64,000 nucleotides of DNA from Gracilinanus agilis (lineage: Eukaryota): contig NC_058131.1 of assembly GCF_016433145.1 (NCBI RefSeq), positions 551,721,117-551,785,116 of the forward strand, written 5' to 3'. Below the pieces are notes generated by a model, which made no database searches, was not told where the DNA came from, and saw only the letters and a program-made list of their open reading frames with translations. Shown here piece after piece: positions 57,877 to 64,000 of the stretch; positions within the stretch are counted from its first letter, which is position 1; each line of letters starts with the position of its first letter. A program made the translations under genes and the position numbers.

Positions 57877-58149
57877 TCCCCCCTTTAATTGGACCTTGAT
57901 TCAAGGACTTGTTGTAATTTTATTTTTCCTTTACTTAGAATTTTTTGGACATAAGACTTTGATATTTTATATTTCATTCACAAGTTATTTTTCTCTTTTA
58001 TTTGGATTTTTTGATGTTTTTGACTTTCTTTTGCCAATTGATTCATATACCATAAAATTCAGCCATGCATCCCTGAAGGATCCCTTTGTCACCATCCTCC
58101 TCAGGGGGGAATGTATTATTATCCTATAATGCAAAGTTCAAATTCTTTT

Positions 58150-58339
58150 TTTTTTTTTTTTTAAATCCTTGTACTTCGGTGTATTGTCTCATAGGTGGAA
58201 GATTGGTAAGGGTGGGCAATGGGGGTCAAGTGACTTGCCCAGGGTCACACAGCTGGGAAGTGGCTGAGGCTGGGTTTGAACCTAGGACCTCCCATCTCTA
58301 GGCCTGACTCTCACTCCACTGAGCTACCCAGCTGCCCCC
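58150..58339 (-). mobile_element. Very young full-length SINE
   Basis: TSD ttcaaattctttt at 58137-58149 and 58340-58352. Confidence 0.92.
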
Positions 58340-58519
58340 TTCAAATTCTTTTGAGAGTAATTTTAGGATAAGAAATTTGCTACCTCCCCAAATCCAGAAA
58401 GTGAACTGTTTGGAGAAGTCACCTTGAAGATGCCTGTAGAGACTACATGCTGCACCAGAAGATCCAGAGTGAACTTTGGGATGTGATGAATTGAACTGTG
58501 GGGGGTGTTGAATGCATTT

Positions 58520-58716
58520 TTTTTAAACCCTTACCTTCTGTCTTGGAACCAATACATGTATTGGTTCCAAGGCAGAAGAGTGGTAAGAGCTAGGCAATGG
58601 AGGTCAAGTGACTTGCCTAGGGTCACACAGCTAGGAAGTATCTGAGGCTAGATTTGAACCTAGGACCTCCTGTCTTTAGGCCTGGCTCTCAATCCACTGA
58701 GCTACCCAGCTGCCCC
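58520..58716 (-). mobile_element. Full-length SINE1_Mdo-like
   Basis: TSD ttgaatg(c/t)attt. Confidence 0.88.
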
Positions 58717-59179
58717 TTGAATGTATTTGTTTTAAATGTACACTTTTATGCTGAAGGGGACTGCCCCCTAACTGGCTTTTTGTCAATGTGCTTTGCAATC
58801 GTTGGTTTTGTTCTCTTTTCCTTTTATCCCCAAATTACTGTAATTTAAAAGTTGGTTCTATTTACAAGATTCATTGGAGACCAGTCTTCCACGGATCTCA
58901 GAGGAGAATGTGTTATTGGAAATTTTGTACTTTTAAAAACTACATTGTCCAGGAGCCCACTGACTTCCTGTCGTTACATACTGACTTAGGGAATAAATTC
59001 GGTGGATTTCTGGGGCTAGCTTTCTTCTCTGGGAATGAGGGCAGCTATGAACTTGGGACTTTTGAACAGGTAGATTAGCTTGGGCATGTGGTTTTATTTT
59101 GTTACTTATTTATTCCTTTACTTCTAATGATTATTAATAAATTTTATAAAAACATAATAAAGTTATTATTATATATTCA

Positions 59180-59800
59180 TTTTAATTTTTACAGAAGGCA
59201 GTGTAAAGGATGTCATCAGAAAAGTGTAGAAATGTATGGTCAAAAAAATGTTGAGTTTGTCATTTAGTGACGGCAAAATGAAGGCACTGGAATATATGGC
59301 CTCTTGAGGTCCCTTTCAGCTATGGTTCTCTGACCATGAGGAATAACCAATGATCAGCTAGGACGTTCCACTGGATTTCTTACAATGTCAAAAGAAGAAA
59401 AATGAAGGTTCTCAGTATACTTGGTGAACCTCCTATGTCAGAATTATAGGACACAAATCCAAGGCACATTGGATCACAGGAATGTATGGCTTTCATGTGT
59501 CACACTGGACATTGATGAGATCAGAGATCTACTAGATTCCTGGAGTGGGATTATGCTCATATCTTTCTATCTATACTGTTTTATTGAGTTGATTTCAGCA
59601 CGTTGGCCCATTATGACCCATAAATCTGTTTTATTTGTATAGCCAGTCTTCAAGACTAATCATTCCATGAGTCCTTCTCCTGAAGAGTTTTGGACTCCAT
59701 TTAATAATTAGATCTTGACATTATTTTCTTGGTACAAACCACCAATGACACTCACTTCAGCATCATCTATAAATTTGCTGAACCTATTTGCAAGAAGTTA
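59180..59800. mobile_element. Ancient CR1/L3 fragments
   Basis: Degenerate L3-like 3' end and RT remnants (catcatctataaatttgctga). Confidence 0.5.
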
Positions 59801-60928
59801 ATGAATGGAGGTATTAGAGATGTTTATGTAACAGACAAGAGACTTGAGATATGAACAGGAAGAGATCATAGAATCATACATTTAGAGCTTGAGGAGAGCT
59901 AGTTGGTTAACTTGTCCAGCCCTCTTTTTTCATTGTCAAGGAGAGGGAGGTTGTCATACATGTGCTAAGGATTGGAGTCATGAATTAGAACCTAGTTCTT
60001 ATGCCTCCAAATGTTGCATTCTTTCCCCTGGAACATACTGCCTCTGAGTCTTCTCCATAGGAAGTGGAAGAGGACTTGTTTAAAGATCATTGCAAGAGGA
60101 ATCAGGATTTTGTTGAGTTCTGGACACTTCTATCTTAAGATAGAAAAGAATGGGAGGTTGGAAGGTTGGAGGAAAAGGTGGAGTACTGAGGAAGAGTGTC
60201 AGAGGAAGAAGTCTTAAGGGTTTATATGGCTCAGTCTTAGAAGTCAAGGGTTTAGTTTTGGGGGCTGACTGTGGGTTCTACAACTTAGGATCATAGATTT
60301 AGATTTGGAAGGGACCTTAAGAAGTCATAAAAATCCAAGCCTTTATTTTACTGATGAGGACTTACATGATTTAAGGTCACACAGCAAATGGTAGAGCAGG
60401 GATTCAAACCTGAGTCCCCTCCAAATCTAAATCTAGCTATTTCTGAATGTATGACTTTTGTGTTGGAAGGAGGAAGGTTGGACAGTGCTCTCTTCCCTCC
60501 TTCCCACTTATGCTCCCCAAGAGCAGTGTGGAATACTAGATATCTCATTCATGCAACCAGGTAGGAGCTTTCTACAGGCTGGATCGACTCCATTCTACAG
60601 AGACTTCAATAGGGATAAATTGAGAGGTTGGGGGAAGAGGATCATAAAACTGATGAAGGAATGCTGGAGATAGTAATACCTTTTTGCATTGAAAGTTAAT
60701 GAAAGCTATACAAATGTGATGGAAAATAAATGATAACTTATTATTAAATCAACAGCTTAGATGGTATATAATAGGGCTACAGTCTGGTTTGTGACTGTAT
60801 AATAGGTGTTAGTCAAATCAAAGTAGCTCTTATTTCTTGTAACTCTTTCTCTGTAGTTCCCCTGTTGAAAGGAGGTAGCTCATATGCTCTTTTTTCGTGT
60901 ATGTACCTCTGCCCCCTGTGTTCCCAGA

Positions 60929-63900
60929 TTACATTTGTCGTACTCTCTTCTCCATTGACTCCAATTCAGCCAGTACTTCCCGGGGCAGGTCTTGGTTGAC
61001 CTGCTCCCTCAGGTAGCTTCTTACTTCACGGACTTCCTGCTCCCAGAACTCTTTAGGCAATGAAAACAACTCAGCCAAGTCCACAGACCCCAAGCCACTC
61101 AGATTCAATGCCCCTTCCTTTGGCACTAGCCCCACGGGTGTCTTTTGGGCACTCTCCTCACCCTCCAGCCTTCGGCAGATCCAGTCCAGTACACGAGAAT
61201 TCTCCCCAAAGCCTGGCCATAGGAATCGGCCTGCTGCATCCCGCCGGAACCAGTTGACATGGAAGATCCGGGGAAGCTGGACCCCCTGCCGCCCCTCCAT
61301 ACTCAGCCAGTGTTCCAAGTAACGCCCAAAATTGTAGCCAAAGAAGGGCCGCATTGCAAATGGATCATGCATGATAGTTTTCCCTGGGAGAGTGGAACAG
61401 GGTGACAGGTTATCTTGCTTGTTGGAAGGGGAAGGGATACCTCTGAACCAGGACCGGAGGAGCTATGTAACAGATACACCCAGTACATGACGAAGGAGCA
61501 GGATGGTGACAACTGTCCAATGAGGTCCTTGGGGCTGATACGAAGAAGGCAGGTAGGGTCAGGGACAAACTGAGGCTTGAGGAGGCCAAAGCAACGGTCA
61601 GGAACTGGGGTCTGCCTAAAGGACAAGGCCAGCAAAGGGGATGGACGCTGGGACTCACCTTTGTGTTCAGCTGCAGCAGTGGACTCAGAGCGCATGATGC
61701 TGCCCACAAAGACACCATGGCGCCAGTTAAAAGCCTCATAGACTAGGGGTACTCCTGGGAAGCCAAGTAAGAGGATTTCAGACAACTCTTTTCCCAGACC
61801 TCACCTGATTCCCTCTGCCCTTTCTGCCCTTTATGTTGGCTTCAATGGCCTTTGGATTAGCTTGGACCTGCTGTCTTCTCAGTCTCTAGTCTGATATCCC
61901 AGAGGAAGGGGAAATGGGAACTTTGATGAAGGGCTCCTTCAAATAAGAGTGGACTGAAGGATCTCAACCTCTGTGCACAGGTAGGGGAAAGGTTCCTAAT
62001 ATAGAGCCAGACCACTGACTCAGAGGGCAGATTCTCGATCCACCAGGCCTGCAGAGACTGTACCTTTGGGCCGTCGTCCTCCAAAGATGATGGCATCGAT
62101 GGGCACACCCTCAGAGGCCTCCCACGCAGGGTCCATGATGGGGCACTGGCGGGCCGGGGCACAGAACCTTGAATTGGGATGTGCACAGGGCTCCTTGTTG
62201 CCTGCCGCAGATAAGACACTTTTACTTTGAACATACTTTTACTTTACATAACCTGCTATTTGTCCATAATACTTTGGTAGACTTCCTGCAAATCAGAACA
62301 GGGTAAATGGGCTCCTTCCCCAGCTCTAGACTCAAGTCTCACTCCCCAAGAAGGGAATGTTCTTTCTCCTTTGGTGCTGGGGCTTACTGTTTATATGGGA
62401 AAGAGATGTGAGAGTACTTGGTATCCTCAAGGAGCTGGGGACTGTGATGCGACAGCTCTTTCTAGTAAATGATGAAGGTTCCAAGGAGTAGAAATTTGTC
62501 CCTAATGTGATATTAGAAGATTTTTTTACCTGCCCTGCTCAGACCCTGACTGGAGTAGGAAGGCCAGTGTTTAGCTTAGCTGGTTGAACCGATTGACAAT
62601 ATGTAGCCAATACAGTAACTTAGGGATACCTCAGAAAAGGCGCACACCAAAGGTGGGGAGATGTTCCAATGGGAAACCTCGTCAATCTTTTTTTTTTTCT
62701 TTTAAACCCTTACCTTCCATCTTGGAGTCAATACTGTGTATTGGCTCCAAGGCAGAAGAGTGGTAAGGGTAGGCAATGGGGGTCAAGTGACTTACCCAGG
62801 GTCACACAGCTAGGAAGTGTCTGAGGCCAGATTTGAACCCAGGTCCTCCCGTCTTTAGGCCTGGCTCTCAATCCACTGAGCTACCCAGCTGCCCCCACCT
62901 CGTCAGTCTTTAATGAGTGTAGAATCATTGTTTTTTCTAACCTGGGAATCATGGGCCAGATTCTGAGGAGTGAGGCACCTGGCCAACTTATCTCCTCTGA
63001 TTCTGACTGCTTACTGGGAGCAGAGCCACCAACAGCTTTTCCTCTCCCATCTACTCCTCCCTCCGGACCTTGCTATAGGGCATTTATTTGGGAACTGGCA
63101 CTAGACAGTTATACCACTGGATCCAAATATGATGAAAGGTTTGGGAAACTGACCTATAGGGAAAGACTTAATTTTCTGGGCTTCTTCCACTGGGTGGAGG
63201 GTGTGGTTTGGAGTTTAATAATGGTCTTTGAGAAGATGAAGAGTGATTACACAGAGGAGGATAACTGTGATAATAGACCCTGAAAGTATGAATACAGGTT
63301 GTAGGAACCACAAAAGGAGGCCATCCTTCCATTATTTCCTCCCTGCTCTAACCCACACAAGAGTTCTATACTTTTTAACTTCAGAGGGACAGAGAAAACC
63401 AAGGGAGGGGTCAAAAGAAGGACCCAAAGATGATGAAAGGGTTGAAAAACTGGTTTATGGGGAAATACTAAGGGACATGAGATTATTTAGCTGGAGGAAA
63501 AAGGTAAGGGGAGATGAAGAGAAGTGAGCTTAGTAACAGTATTTATATAATGAAGGATGATGCTAGAGTTAGGCTGCAGAAAGGGGAGGCTGAGGACCAA
63601 GAGAAATAAATGTTCCCTTCTCCTACAAGTGGATCTCAAGGTATAAGAAAGAAAAAATTCTTGCTGGGTTGCAAGGACTTTTGGGGACACCTGAATCTAG
63701 GAGTTCTGGTGGAAAAGATTTTTATAATTCTGGGGTATTGGAGGAGGCTGGAATTTCAGCTATGTAGGAGGAGTTGAAGTAAAAGGAACATTTCTACCCC
63801 CATTTCCCCCATTCACTGAGACTGTACCCTAAACCTCTGCCCTTTGACTTGCTATTCTTCACTTACCAGATTTCCAGGCCTTGCCCAACCAGGAAGTGAC

Positions 63901-64000
63901 AGTGACACCAGGTGGGAGGGGCTGGTCAATGCCTTCCCAGTACACGCCACCATCACTAGTCTCTGCTACATTGGTGAAGATTGTATTGCTTTGGATTGTG
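60929..64000 (-). CDS. PCK2: Mitochondrial phosphoenolpyruvate carboxykinase, partial (last four exons)
   Basis: Exons 63867->64000 ([23 protein letters not shown]), 62064-62201 (CAHPNSRFC…IIFGGRR), 61659-61754 ([15 protein letters not shown]…[11 protein letters not shown]), 60929-61383 ([14 protein letters not shown]…FHVNWFR…[11 protein letters not shown]…*). Confidence 0.97.
62691..62896 (-). mobile_element. Full-length SINE in a PCK2 intron
   Basis: TSD cctcgtca(a/g)tcttt. Confidence 0.9.
63130..63620 (+). mobile_element. CR1/L3 ORF2 C-terminal remnants
   Basis: Peptides [13 protein letters not shown]…LIMVFEKMK and [20 protein letters not shown] resemble the CR1 LSYEERLRELGLFSLEKRRLRGD motif. 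Confidence 0.6.

Overview
This is marsupial genomic DNA; the dominant tRNA-derived SINE looks like the opossum (Monodelphis) SINE1/MAR1 family. The block is syntenic with human 14q11.2-q12, read in reverse: IRF9 (-, 5' half only), RNF31/HOIP (-, 21 coding exons, 1075 aa), PSME2 (+, 239 aa), a ~15 kb transposon nest, EMC9 (+, 206 aa), PSME1 (-, 248 aa), FITM1 (-, 295 aa), DCAF11/WDR23 (-, 531 aa) and PCK2 (-, last four exons). I traced all exons by hand to GT-AG boundaries with consistent phase and found no frameshifts or premature stops. Comparisons to human proteins and TE family names are from memory, not from database searches. The most notable unexplained signals are: (1) an ERV LTR 6.4 kb upstream of DCAF11 with TATA, ATG and a strong splice donor, in phase with a 66-codon stop-free stretch of DCAF11's UTR exon; (2) a perfect 37-bp fold-back hairpin inside an old MIR-type SINE; (3) four hAT MITEs with 8-bp TSDs, resembling families reported as horizontally transferred; (4) loss of the DCAF11 QVLA segment that carries a probable alternative donor in eutherians; (5) interlocked EMC9/PSME1 poly(A) signals; (6) a shared GAAAGTGAAAGC IRF element at PSME1 and PSME2, and a GAS/EICE module at IRF9.
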